DNA of 63,048 nucleotides, filler included, from Actinomycetota bacterium (GTDB lineage: Bacteria; Actinomycetota; Acidimicrobiia; IMCC26256; VFJJ01): the NCBI GenBank assembly GCA_009886115.1. It is 5 parts of 5 records of this genome, joined end to end, with 100 filler letters (N's around TTAATTAATTAA, not from the genome) between each part and the next. Parts side by side here need not be neighbours in the genome. Positions count along the whole stretch, not along the records: positions 1 to 20,946 come from VFJJ01000078.1; 4 more parts are not named here. One strand, 5' to 3'. Within the stretch, counting starts at the first letter, position 1. Every line of letters begins with the position of its first letter. Shown piece after piece: positions 1 to 8,493 of this stretch. Position numbers and translations under genes: made by a program. The notes beneath the pieces were generated by a model. It saw only the letters and a program-made list of their open reading frames with translations. It made no database searches and was not told the DNA's origin.

Positions 1-121
1 CGTCATCGTCATCGTCGAGCGAGGTCGAGGTGCGGTCGTCATCGTCATCATCGTCATCGTCGAGCGAGGTCGACGTCCGGTCGTCATCATCGTCATCGTC
101 ATCGTCGAGCGAGGTCGAGGT
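1..121 (-). repeat. 45-bp tandem repeat encoding TSTSL-D9-R, at least 2.5 copies
   Basis: Repeated ACCTCGCTCGACGATGAC... units on the minus strand. Confidence 0.85.
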
Positions 122-496
122 GGTTCCGCTCCCCGGCGTCGCCCTCCCACGGTCATCCATCGTGCCCGGGGTGGTGGCCGAGGTGGCGCTGCCCGGCGTC
201 GAGGCCGCCGTTGTGGGACGCGTGGGGCTCGACCCCAACTCCGGCGCTGTCCAATGGGTACCAGGAAGCGATCCGCTGCTCGGCGTCGACGCCGAGGTTG
301 CACCGGTGGTTCCCGCCGACGATGGCGAACTCCCTGACGCCGGGCTGCTCCCCGCGGTGACGCCGGTTAGCTGCGTTGCGGGCGTGGGATCGCCTGTGAC
401 AGCGCCGACGGCGGCGCTGACTGCGATCAGCACGCCGATGCACGTTGCGGCACCGAGCGGCGCCAGCAGGGATCGGGGAAGGCGGGGACGGGTCAT
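1..496 (-). CDS. Exported Ser/Thr/Pro-rich protein with poly-Asp repeats (3' end runs off window)
   Basis: Manual translation from ATG 496 (RBS CAGGAG upstream): MTRPRLPRSLLAPLGAATCIGVLIAVSAAVGAV... then (TSTSLDDDDDDDDDR)n; missing from the ORF track because it has no stop in the window. Confidence 0.75.
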   Translation of the reverse strand, partial: MTRPRLPRSLLAPLGAATCIGVLIAVSAAVGAVTGDPTPATQLTGVTAGSSPASGSSPSSAGTTGATSASTPSSGSLPGTHWTAPELGSSPTRPTTAASTPGSATSATTPGTMDDRGRATPGSGTTSTSLDDDDDDDDDRTSTSLDDDDDDDDDRTSTSLDDDDD

Positions 497-540
497 CTTG
501 TGGGCTCCTGAAATCCGTTGCTGTTGTTGACGATGACGAT

Positions 541-569
541 GACACGACGGCCAGGTGCCTGTGGTTTGG
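541..569 (-). promoter_or_regulatory. Putative ECF promoter CCAAAC-N17-CGTGTC
   Basis: Same motif and spacing as the site upstream of the ECF sigma gene at 2365-2393. Confidence 0.6.
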
Positions 570-720
570 GGGATCTCCCCCTCATTGCGCCCGACTTGGC
601 CCGGAAGGCCCACACGGCGCCGATCGACACCCCCGACGCGGGCCGCCGCCGGACACCCATGGCGGGTGCCCGGCGGCGGCGGCGTCTCGGGCGCTACGGA
701 CGGGCGCGGCGGCGCTTTGC

Positions 721-1695
721 CTAATTCACCGAGAACTCGAGCTGGCCGGTGATGTCGTCGACGTCGGCCCGAACCCGGAAGTCGCCCGAGCCGGAGCTCG
801 AGAACTCGACCTCGACCCGGCTGCCCGGACCGGCCTCGTTCACCTGAGCGGTGAAGCCGCTCGCCGGCGTCGACGAGACGAGGGTCACCGACAACCCGTC
901 GAACCGGACGGTGATCGAGCCGCCAGCCGAGGAGTACGACTGCTGGATCGTCGTCGCCGAGGTCGTTCCCGAGCCCGACGACGGGGTGCTGCCCGAGCCC
1001 GAGGTGGGCGACGAGCTGCCCGACGAGGGCGTCGTGGAGCTCGAGGCGCTCCCCGATCCCGGGGTCGTGCCGCTGCTCGAAGTCGATGGCGTGGTACCCG
1101 AGGTGACGGATTGGGAACGGGACGTCGGGGTGGAGTTCGGTGTCGTCGACGAGCCTCCCCCTGACCCTCCGGGGCCGGTCGAGGGGGTCGTGGTGTTGCG
1201 CGACGAGGTGGTGAGGGACGCGGAGCCCGAATCGGGCGTCGAGCCGGGATTCAGCGACGAGCCGACGGTGGCCCCGGGCACCACGGCCGAACCGCTCGAC
1301 ACCAGCGGCGGGGCCGAGCTCGAGTTCGTGACGCTCGACGGCCTGGTGTCGGGACCTGACCCGTCGGTGGACGGCGACGACGGGCCGCTCGACGAGGGCT
1401 CGGTCGTGCCGTCGTCGTCACCCGTGCCCGTGGAGACGCCGAACTCGATGGGGGTCTGCTGGTCGGTCCCACCCTGCGCGGCGAAGGCGGCGCCCAAGCC
1501 GAGCAGGATCACGAGGGAGGCGACGGGGGTGACGATCGTGGCGAGCCGATGGCGTCGGCGAGCCCGGGAGAGACGCGGTCCGAGACCCGACCACACGGCA
1601 TCGGTGTCGTCGAAGCGCGGCGCGAGGGCGTCGAACATGACACCCAGCGACCGATCACGCTCGGGGGTCGGGAGGGACGGATCGATGTCGACCAT
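721..1695 (-). CDS. Putative membrane-anchored anti-sigma factor with Ser/Thr linker and small C-terminal beta domain
   Basis: Directly downstream of ECF sigma; RARRRHR motif then TM helix; long S/T/P linker; GGSITVRF...TPASGF...VEVEF domain. Confidence 0.7.
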   Translation of the reverse strand: MVDIDPSLPTPERDRSLGVMFDALAPRFDDTDAVWSGLGPRLSRARRRHRLATIVTPVASLVILLGLGAAFAAQGGTDQQTPIEFGVSTGTGDDDGTTEPSSSGPSSPSTDGSGPDTRPSSVTNSSSAPPLVSSGSAVVPGATVGSSLNPGSTPDSGSASLTTSSRNTTTPSTGPGGSGGGSSTTPNSTPTSRSQSVTSGTTPSTSSSGTTPGSGSASSSTTPSSGSSSPTSGSGSTPSSGSGTTSATTIQQSYSSAGGSITVRFDGLSVTLVSSTPASGFTAQVNEAGPGSRVEVEFSSSGSGDFRVRADVDDITGQLEFSVN

Positions 1696-1696
1696 C

Positions 1697-2356
1697 TCAG
1701 CTCGCTCTTGGGTCGAGCCGGACGCGCAAGGCGTCGCGACCCTGGTGGAGGTGGAATTTCACTGCGCCCTCGGACAGGCCCATGGAGCGGGCGACCTCGG
1801 CGACGCTCAACTGCTCGAGATAGAACAGCGAGAGCGCCGCCCGTTGCTGACGAGGGAGGGACTGGAGGGCGCGGGCCAAGCGCCGCCCGGCCTCGTCCTT
1901 GGATGCTGCCTCGACGACCTCGGTCTCGGGTCCTTCAGCCGCACCGTCTCGGCTCTCGCGGGAGCCGATCCGCTGCGCCAGGGCGTCACCGTGCTTGCGG
2001 CTCCGATGCCCATCGCGGAGCTTGTTGATGGCGACGCGTCTGATCCACGAGGCCGGATCGTCGTAGGTCGAGATCTTCTTCCACCGCACGTAGGCCTTGG
2101 TGAAGGCCTCCTGAACGGCGTCGGCGGCGTCCTCGCGGTTGCCGGCCACCACGGCCAGGGACCGGACCATGGGCTGATAGTGCAAACGGAACACGCTCTC
2201 GTAGTCGACCGCGCTCACCGTGAACGAGATGTCGACGGACCCGTCGGCGGGCCGCGCCGCGGCCCCATGATCGGCCCCGCCCATCGGAACGGCGTCGGAG
2301 CTGCGGGTTCTGTGCGACCACGGGGGCAGCGATGCGGGCATCGGGAGCGCAACCAT
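1697..2356 (-). CDS. ECF RNA polymerase sigma factor (SigE/sigma-24 family)
   Basis: Region 2 DAADAVQEAFTKAYVRW...WIRRVAIN; region 4 LPRQQRAAL..EVARSMGLSEGAVKFHLHQGR. Confidence 0.92.
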   Translation of the reverse strand: MVALPMPASLPPWSHRTRSSDAVPMGGADHGAAARPADGSVDISFTVSAVDYESVFRLHYQPMVRSLAVVAGNREDAADAVQEAFTKAYVRWKKISTYDDPASWIRRVAINKLRDGHRSRKHGDALAQRIGSRESRDGAAEGPETEVVEAASKDEAGRRLARALQSLPRQQRAALSLFYLEQLSVAEVARSMGLSEGAVKFHLHQGRDALRVRLDPRAS

Positions 2357-2364
2357 TCAGTACG

Positions 2365-2393
2365 TACACGCCCGTGGGCGACTCAGCGTTTGG
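2365..2393 (-). promoter_or_regulatory. Putative autoregulatory ECF promoter CCAAAC-N17-CGTGTA
   Basis: -10 ends 8 nt before ATG 2356 (near-leaderless); motif shared with 541-569. Confidence 0.6.
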
Positions 2394-2498
2394 TCGTTTC
2401 GCTCGGACACCGAGACGGAGCCCCGGGTGGCAGCCCCGTTTCCTCCTGATGTCCGATTCTCGGTGTCCATCCGCGCTGGTCGGTGCGCCGGAGGCGCG

Positions 2499-3188
2499 TC
2501 AGATACGGCCGAGCAACTCGGCCTTCTTGGCCTCGAAGTCAGCCTGGGTGATGACGCCCTTGTCGCGGAGCTCGGCGAGCTTCGAGAGCTGATCGGTGAC
2601 CGACTCACCGGGCACGCCCGGCGGCGGCACCGGTGCGGGGCCGGTCGGCGGCGCCGCCATGGCCTGGGCGATGAGAGCCGGGTCGATCTTCGAGTACTCG
2701 GCGGTCTTCTTGGCGTTGCCCTCGATCTGCCGGTAGATCTCGGACTGGACGAACTCGGGGTTCGGGATGTCGGTGAACTTCTGCATGCCCTCCGTGCCCG
2801 CCGACTGGATGACGAGGTCACCCGCGCCCAGCATGCGCTCGAACAGCGACTGATTGAACGTGATGTCGTTGATGCGTTCGAGGGGGATCTCACGGCCGGT
2901 GCGCGAGAACACGCCCGCCCGGAACACGAGGCGATCGCTGGTGACGACGAAGTGCGTCGTCCGCCAGGTGAGCCAGCGCCAGATCGTCGACCCCAGCCAG
3001 ACGACGAGAGCCGCGTACCAGGCGTACTTCAGGATGTCTCCGACCGTTCCATCGGGCTTGAACGCCAAGAAGGCCAGCACGATCACGCCCAGGCCCGAGA
3101 CCGCCGCTTCCCAGAAGTACCACCAGTGCGGGTTGAAGTCGACGGCGATCGCTTCGCCCGGGTTGAGCAGGTGCTTGGGGTAGGCCAT
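2499..3188 (-). CDS. Bacterial PH (bPH_2) domain membrane protein with C-terminal SHOCT domain
   Basis: MAYPKHLLNPGE start, 2 TM, THFVVTSDRL..GVFSR..EIPLERI..ERMLGAGDL; SHOCT LAELRDKGVITQADFEAKKAELL. Confidence 0.85.
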   Translation of the reverse strand: MAYPKHLLNPGEAIAVDFNPHWWYFWEAAVSGLGVIVLAFLAFKPDGTVGDILKYAWYAALVVWLGSTIWRWLTWRTTHFVVTSDRLVFRAGVFSRTGREIPLERINDITFNQSLFERMLGAGDLVIQSAGTEGMQKFTDIPNPEFVQSEIYRQIEGNAKKTAEYSKIDPALIAQAMAAPPTGPAPVPPPGVPGESVTDQLSKLAELRDKGVITQADFEAKKAELLGRI

Positions 3189-3412
3189 GAACCCAATGTA
3201 CGGCGTCGTTGGAGGGCCCGCGTGCCAAACGCCCTTGGAAGGGCTCGCGAAGACGGGCTCGGGGTCCGATCGGGCCCGATGAGGATGCGCATCATCGGCG
3301 AGCGGGCGGCCTTCCTTGAGCGCGCAGTTCGGGCGCACCGGGCAAGTCGGCCGGCGCGGTGTACCCCTGCGGGCCCCGGACAGTTACGGTCCGGCCACCT
3401 GGAAGGGGAACC

Positions 3413-4477
3413 GTGACCGTCGAGATCCGCTCCGTCGTAGGCGAGGTCCGCAGTGCCGAGTACCCGTCCAGCCTCGGGGACACCCTCCGAAGCGGCTCCC
3501 ACGGCCTCCGCGCTCGATCGACGACCGACCCGTCGGTGGCGGTGACCGCGGTCGTGGTGGTCGTGGTGGTTGGCTTCCTCTACGACTACTTCGCTCCCTC
3601 GCCGTGGTGGGTCGGGCGCCTCCCCATCCCGATGTCGCTGTTCCCGTCGCTGGCGTTGCTCGTCGCCCTGGCCCGACGGGGACGGGCGGGCCGGACGACG
3701 ACCGACCCCGACGGCCCGCTCGTCGATTTCCTCGACATGCGCCTCGGGCCCTGGCGGCACTGGCGCGAGTTCTACGTGGTGCTCGGCATCGGGCTCGTCG
3801 TCGCTGCCGGGTACTACAGCCGGACGATGGGCAGCGACACCGAGTCCCTGGCGCTCCTGGCCAACGCCCTGGTCGAGGAAGCGCAGTTCCGCTACTCGAT
3901 CCCGCTCCTGATCGCCGCGGCCGCGCTGATCGTCGGGGCGGGTCGCTCCGTGGCTCTGGCGATCGGCCTGGGCATCTCATCGGTGACGTTCGCCGCGATG
4001 CCCGGGCATCTCGAGCAGATGACCAGCCTCCTCGACATCGCGCCGTTCCTCGCCTTCGCCGTTCTCACGAGCATGGTGGCCCTCCGCACGCGCTCGTTCC
4101 TGCCGGGTGTGCTCGCGCACACGCTCGTCAACATCTGCACCTTGCCCGTCTCGCTCGGCCAGGCCCCGTCCGGCGTTCGTCTCGCCGGGGTCGTCATCGG
4201 TCTGATCGGGCTGGTCGTGGCCTCGGAGATCGCCAACCAACGCCGAGCCTGGGAGGCCCGGGCGCCGGGTCGGACCGTCGGGACGAAGCACCCCACCAGA
4301 CCCGAGCCTCTCGACCTTGAGATGGACGTGAACGTGGACAGGAGCTTGGACATCGACATCGACATCGACCTCGACTTCGAGACGAGCCTGGCGCCGGTGT
4401 TCGACGAGGGAACGACCGTGCCGGTGGAGGGCGATCGGATGGGAACCGTGTCGCCGACGCGCACCCTGTCAGCCTGA
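3413..4477 (+). CDS. CPBP (CAAX/Abi) family intramembrane glutamic protease; start uncertain
   Basis: Multi-TM with EEAQFR, FAAMPGH and AHTLVN motifs. Confidence 0.7.
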   Translation: MTVEIRSVVGEVRSAEYPSSLGDTLRSGSHGLRARSTTDPSVAVTAVVVVVVVGFLYDYFAPSPWWVGRLPIPMSLFPSLALLVALARRGRAGRTTTDPDGPLVDFLDMRLGPWRHWREFYVVLGIGLVVAAGYYSRTMGSDTESLALLANALVEEAQFRYSIPLLIAAAALIVGAGRSVALAIGLGISSVTFAAMPGHLEQMTSLLDIAPFLAFAVLTSMVALRTRSFLPGVLAHTLVNICTLPVSLGQAPSGVRLAGVVIGLIGLVVASEIANQRRAWEARAPGRTVGTKHPTRPEPLDLEMDVNVDRSLDIDIDIDLDFETSLAPVFDEGTTVPVEGDRMGTVSPTRTLSA

Positions 4478-4500
4478 GACGCTCGGTATCGTCGGAGCCG

Positions 4501-4890
4501 ATGCGTCTCACAGCTCGCGAGTTCGAAGCCCTCGTCGCCGATGCTCTCGACACGATCCCCGAGGATCTCGGTGAGGTCATGGAGAATGTCGCCGTTCTCG
4601 TCGCCGACTGGCCCACACCGGCCCAGCTCGAGAGCGTCGGGCTCGGATCGGGTGACATCCTGCTCGGCTTGTACGAGGGCGTCGCTCTCACCCGTCGATC
4701 GGTGATCACCTACAACCTCACGCTGCCCGATCGCATCACGATCTTCCGGGGACCGCACCTCGGGCTTCGCCACGAGGGTGCACTCCTCGACGACGACGAG
4801 CTCGTCGATCAGATCGCGACCACCGTCCTGCACGAGGTCGCCCATCATTTCGGGATCGACGACGATCGCCTCGACGAGCTCGGCTGGTGA
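4501..4890 (+). CDS. Zincin-like metallopeptidase (DUF1025 type)
   Basis: LLGLYEGV, LPDRITIFR, HEVAHHFGIDDDRL. Confidence 0.9.
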   Translation: MRLTAREFEALVADALDTIPEDLGEVMENVAVLVADWPTPAQLESVGLGSGDILLGLYEGVALTRRSVITYNLTLPDRITIFRGPHLGLRHEGALLDDDELVDQIATTVLHEVAHHFGIDDDRLDELGW

Positions 4891-4953
4891 CCGTGTCGCT
4901 CGCCAGGTCGGGGCACCGGTCACGAGTGACATGGATGTGATTCGCCTGGTACG

Positions 4954-7218
4954 GTGCACGCGGTGGCCGGTCATGTCGATCTCGAGCTCCAACCCGGCGT
5001 GCATTCCCGGCCCGGCGCGTCGTCACTCCGAGATCCCGGCGGCCTGCTCGACGACCTGAGCGAGCGCCAACGGATCGTCGTGACGGCACCCGCGGCCAAG
5101 CTGGCCGTCGTCGCTGCCGCGGGGAGCGGCAAGACCCGGGTGCTCACCCGCCGGATCGCATGGCAGTGCTCGACGGGCGCCATCGATCCTCGACGGGTCC
5201 TGGCGGTCACGTTCACCCGCAAGGCCGCGGGCGAGCTCGCTCAGCGCCTGGGTCAGCTCGGCGTCCGAGGCGAGACGACCGGCACGTTCCACGCCCTGGC
5301 CCTGGCCCAGCTCCGGCGGCGGTGGGTCGACCGTCGCCTGGCGATCCCGCATCTCCTCGATCGACCCGGACGGGTCGTGGCCGCGGCCGTCGAGACCGCC
5401 TGTCGGCGCCACCACGTCCCCCTTCCCGTCCCCGCGCTCGTCGCCGACGTCGCCCGAGAGCTCGACTGGGCCCGAGCCCACGGCATCGGAGCCGATGACT
5501 ACCCCCGCGAGTTCCGCGCCGCGGGCCGAGTCCCCCCGCTCGCGCCCGAGCTCATCGCGGCCACCCTCACCGCCTATGAGCACGAGAAGCGTTCGCGTGG
5601 TGTCATCGACTTCCACGATCTCGTCGAGCGCCTGGCCGATGCCCTCGAGACCGACAAGGAGTTCGCCGCCGCCCAGCGCTGGCGCCACCGGCACCTGTTC
5701 GTCGACGAGTTCCAAGACCTCACCCGAGTTCAGTTCCGCGTGCTGTCGATGTGGATGGGCGACGCGTCGACGCTCACCGTCGTGGGCGACGACCGCCAGT
5801 CGATCTACAGCTTCACCGGCGCCGACGCCCGCTACCTGCTCGACTTCCCGTCGTGGAGCAACGGCGGCGAAGTCCTCCGCCTCGAGACGAACTACCGCTC
5901 GAGCCCGCAGATCCTGGCGACGGCCTCGAGCGTGCTCCCGCGGCCGTCCGGGCCGTCCGGGCCGTCCGGGCTGGCGGCGCCCAGCGCCGGCGACAGCCGC
6001 GACAGCCGCGACAGCGGCGACAGCCGAGACAGCGGCGACAGCCGAGACAGCGGCGACAGCCGAGACCGGGACCAACGGGTCGCCGGCTCGTCGATCACCG
6101 CTGTTCGACCCGACGGACCGGTCCCCACGCTGGTCGTCCACCCCGACGAGCACGCCGAGGCCCGAGCCATCGCCCGCACCGCGGTCGAGGCCAATCGGGC
6201 GGGCCACCCGTGGTCGGCCATCGCCGTGCTGGTGCGGACCAACGCGCAGGCGCGGCCCATTCGCGATGCGCTGCACGCGGCCGGCGTTCCCACCACCGCG
6301 GCCACGACGGCGCCCATCGTCGACGACGCCGACGTGGCGACCGTGCTGCGCGAGACACGGACCGCGATGCGTACCGCCCCCGGAGCCCGATGGTCCACGC
6401 TTCTCACCGAAGGTCTGACCGACGACGACGGCCCCCGCCTGGCTCCGGGCCGGGCAGCGCTCCTCGCGACACTCGTCGAGGAGTACCTCGCAGCCGACGG
6501 TGGTGGCGGATCGCTCGACGGCTTCTGCGATTTCCTGCGGGCAGCCCGTCCGGGCGAGGACGATCTGGAGGCCGGCTGCGACGCCGTCGCCGTGATGACC
6601 TTCCACCGGGCCAAGGGCCTCGAATGGCCGATCGTGTTCGTGGCCGGCCTCGAGGACGGCTTCGTGCCCATCTCGTGGGCCTCCTCGACGGCGGAGCGCG
6701 ACGAGGAGGCTCGACTGCTGTACGTGGCCCTCACTCGGGCCGAGCACGTTCTCCACTGCTCGTGGGCCGAGCGGCGTGAGCTCGGCGGGGCCGTCCGTCA
6801 ACGGGCGGCGAGCCCGTGGCTCCCCCGGCTGCGCGCCACGCTGGTGGGCCTGGGTGGTGGCGGCGAGCGGGCGGCGGCGCCTGAGACCGCGGCCGAGCGC
6901 CGGGTCGATGCCGCGCGCAGCGCCCTGGCCACGTCGCGGGCCCGGCTCCGGCTCGACCGGCGACCGGCACCTCGGCTCGACGACCCTCTGTTCGCGGCGT
7001 TGCAGCGTTGGCGGCGCTCGCAGGCCCGGGCGGCCGGGGTCGATCCGTCGGTCGTCCTCGACGACAGCGTGCTGAAGGCCCTTGCTGCAGAGCCCCCTCA
7101 CGATGTCGACGGGCTGATCACGCTCGGGGTCGGGACGATGTTCGCTCGATCGCACGGTGAGGCCTTGCTGGGGCTGGTCGCCGGGGCGAGCGACCGTGCT
7201 TCAGCAGACGCCCCATAG
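4954..7218 (+). CDS. uvrD2: ATP-dependent DNA helicase UvrD2-like with C-terminal HRDC
   Basis: AAGSGKT, VTFTRKAA, VDEFQD, VGDDRQSIY, NYRS, TFHRAKGLEW, LYVALTRA; HRDC LQRWRRSQAR. Confidence 0.85.
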   Translation: MHAVAGHVDLELQPGVHSRPGASSLRDPGGLLDDLSERQRIVVTAPAAKLAVVAAAGSGKTRVLTRRIAWQCSTGAIDPRRVLAVTFTRKAAGELAQRLGQLGVRGETTGTFHALALAQLRRRWVDRRLAIPHLLDRPGRVVAAAVETACRRHHVPLPVPALVADVARELDWARAHGIGADDYPREFRAAGRVPPLAPELIAATLTAYEHEKRSRGVIDFHDLVERLADALETDKEFAAAQRWRHRHLFVDEFQDLTRVQFRVLSMWMGDASTLTVVGDDRQSIYSFTGADARYLLDFPSWSNGGEVLRLETNYRSSPQILATASSVLPRPSGPSGPSGLAAPSAGDSRDSRDSGDSRDSGDSRDSGDSRDRDQRVAGSSITAVRPDGPVPTLVVHPDEHAEARAIARTAVEANRAGHPWSAIAVLVRTNAQARPIRDALHAAGVPTTAATTAPIVDDADVATVLRETRTAMRTAPGARWSTLLTEGLTDDDGPRLAPGRAALLATLVEEYLAADGGGGSLDGFCDFLRAARPGEDDLEAGCDAVAVMTFHRAKGLEWPIVFVAGLEDGFVPISWASSTAERDEEARLLYVALTRAEHVLHCSWAERRELGGAVRQRAASPWLPRLRATLVGLGGGGERAAAPETAAERRVDAARSALATSRARLRLDRRPAPRLDDPLFAALQRWRRSQARAAGVDPSVVLDDSVLKALAAEPPHDVDGLITLGVGTMFARSHGEALLGLVAGASDRASADAP
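5942..6066 (+). repeat. In-frame 9-bp tandem repeats (PSG x3; DSR/DSG array) inside the helicase
   Basis: GGCCGTCCG x3 and GACAGCCGC/GACAGCGGC/GACAGCCGA array. Confidence 0.85.
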
Positions 7219-7680
7219 GCCACGGCCCTCGCGTCGCGCTGCGAGCTCGAGGTCGAGCATCGTCTCGGCATGCCGGCCGTTGGGCGCGATCACGAGCAGC
7301 TCCGCGAACCCGTCGCGTAGCAGCTCGTCGTTATAGCGCTGCCCGTCGAGGTAGACGTACGCCAGCAGGCGGCCGAACCGATCGCGGGTCTCGACGTCGT
7401 ACTCGAGCGTGACCCGTCGACCCGCGAGACGGGCCTCGGTGTGGGCGGCCGCCTCGGGCCCGAAGCACTCGACGGGACGGTCGGGATGCTTGGTCTCGGG
7501 CGTGTCGACACCGAGCAGCCGAACCGTCTGTTCCTCGCCGCCGACGCGCACCACCACGGTGTCGCCGTCGATGACGTGAGTCACGAGGCCGTCGGTCCGC
7601 TCCCCCCGGGCCTGGCCCAGACGCCAACCACCGAGCGACGCCACGGCCACGACGACCACGGCGATCGCAGTGTTCACCAT
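7201..7680 (-). CDS. Thermonuclease (SNase) family protein with N-terminal anchor; start approximate
   Basis: VIDGDT, VRLLGVDTPE, DRFGRLLAYV, ARREGRGLW. Confidence 0.9.
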   Translation of the reverse strand: MVNTAIAVVVVAVASLGGWRLGQARGERTDGLVTHVIDGDTVVVRVGGEEQTVRLLGVDTPETKHPDRPVECFGPEAAAHTEARLAGRRVTLEYDVETRDRFGRLLAYVYLDGQRYNDELLRDGFAELLVIAPNGRHAETMLDLELAARREGRGLWGVC

Positions 7681-7812
7681 CAGTCTCGAACCGGCACGCC
7701 GCTGCATGGCCCCTGACCACCCGCCACTCGAAGCGATGGCGGCCGGTCCGAGCGCTCCCGTGCGCCCGTCCTCCACCCCGTCGTCTCACCCTACCGATAG
7801 GGTGAGACATGG

Positions 7813-8427
7813 ATGATCCGTGACCACGACCGGGCCGGAAGGGCCGTACGGAGCCCCACAGCGCTCGTCGCCGGCGTGCTGGTCGTCCTGCTGGTCGCGG
7901 CGTCGGGCCTCACCGTCGCGTGGGCCCGATCGCGGAAGGCCTCGACGGAGCGCACGCTCGACCAACGCCTTGGCGCGCTGGAGACCGTCGCCGATGAACG
8001 CTACGACGCATTGGCGGCGCTCGGGGAGGCGATCGGCTCGATCCTGGGCCCCGGTGAGCCCCTGCCCGCCGACATCGAGGCTGGGCTGGCCGAGTGGCAG
8101 AACCTCCACCAGTCGACCGCTCCCGCTCGCGCTCCCGATCGCGGTGCGGCAGCACGCCGTGTGCTGGCCGTCAACACCTTGGAGGGCCTCGCCAGAAGAG
8201 CGGGCGCGCTGCTCGACACCCGTCCCGATCTGGGATCCTCCCCCGAGGTCGCAGCGGCTCTCGCTGCGGTCGTGGCCACCGACGGGGCGATGTTCGCTGC
8301 GGTCGACGCCTACAACCGGGCGGCGGCGCGATCCAACGACTTCAGCACGGGCTTCCCCGGCCGGCTGGTGGCCGGCGACGCCCAACGTACCGCCCGGGTC
8401 CTGCTTCCCGGCGTCGAGACAGGCTGA
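7813..8427 (+). CDS. LemA-like membrane protein
   Basis: N-terminal TM, helical body, PDL motif, C-terminal YNRAAARSNDFSTGFPGRLVA resembling LemA YN..v..yN....FP..lvA. Confidence 0.65.
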   Translation: MIRDHDRAGRAVRSPTALVAGVLVVLLVAASGLTVAWARSRKASTERTLDQRLGALETVADERYDALAALGEAIGSILGPGEPLPADIEAGLAEWQNLHQSTAPARAPDRGAAARRVLAVNTLEGLARRAGALLDTRPDLGSSPEVAAALAAVVATDGAMFAAVDAYNRAAARSNDFSTGFPGRLVAGDAQRTARVLLPGVETG

Positions 8428-8493
8428 GGGCGCGCGGCCTGAGAGCTGGGCGGAGACGGTCGCCGCGCTCAAGTTGGGCCCGGTCCGGCCGAT

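Noticed and set aside
30..2449. Plus-strand ORFs 30-530 and 851-2449
   Set aside because: These are antisense shadows of the minus-strand ECF module genes.
4954..7680. Helicase plus nuclease as a defence system
   Set aside because: The genes are convergent, UvrD2-HRDC is a housekeeping helicase and the SNase is an exported type.
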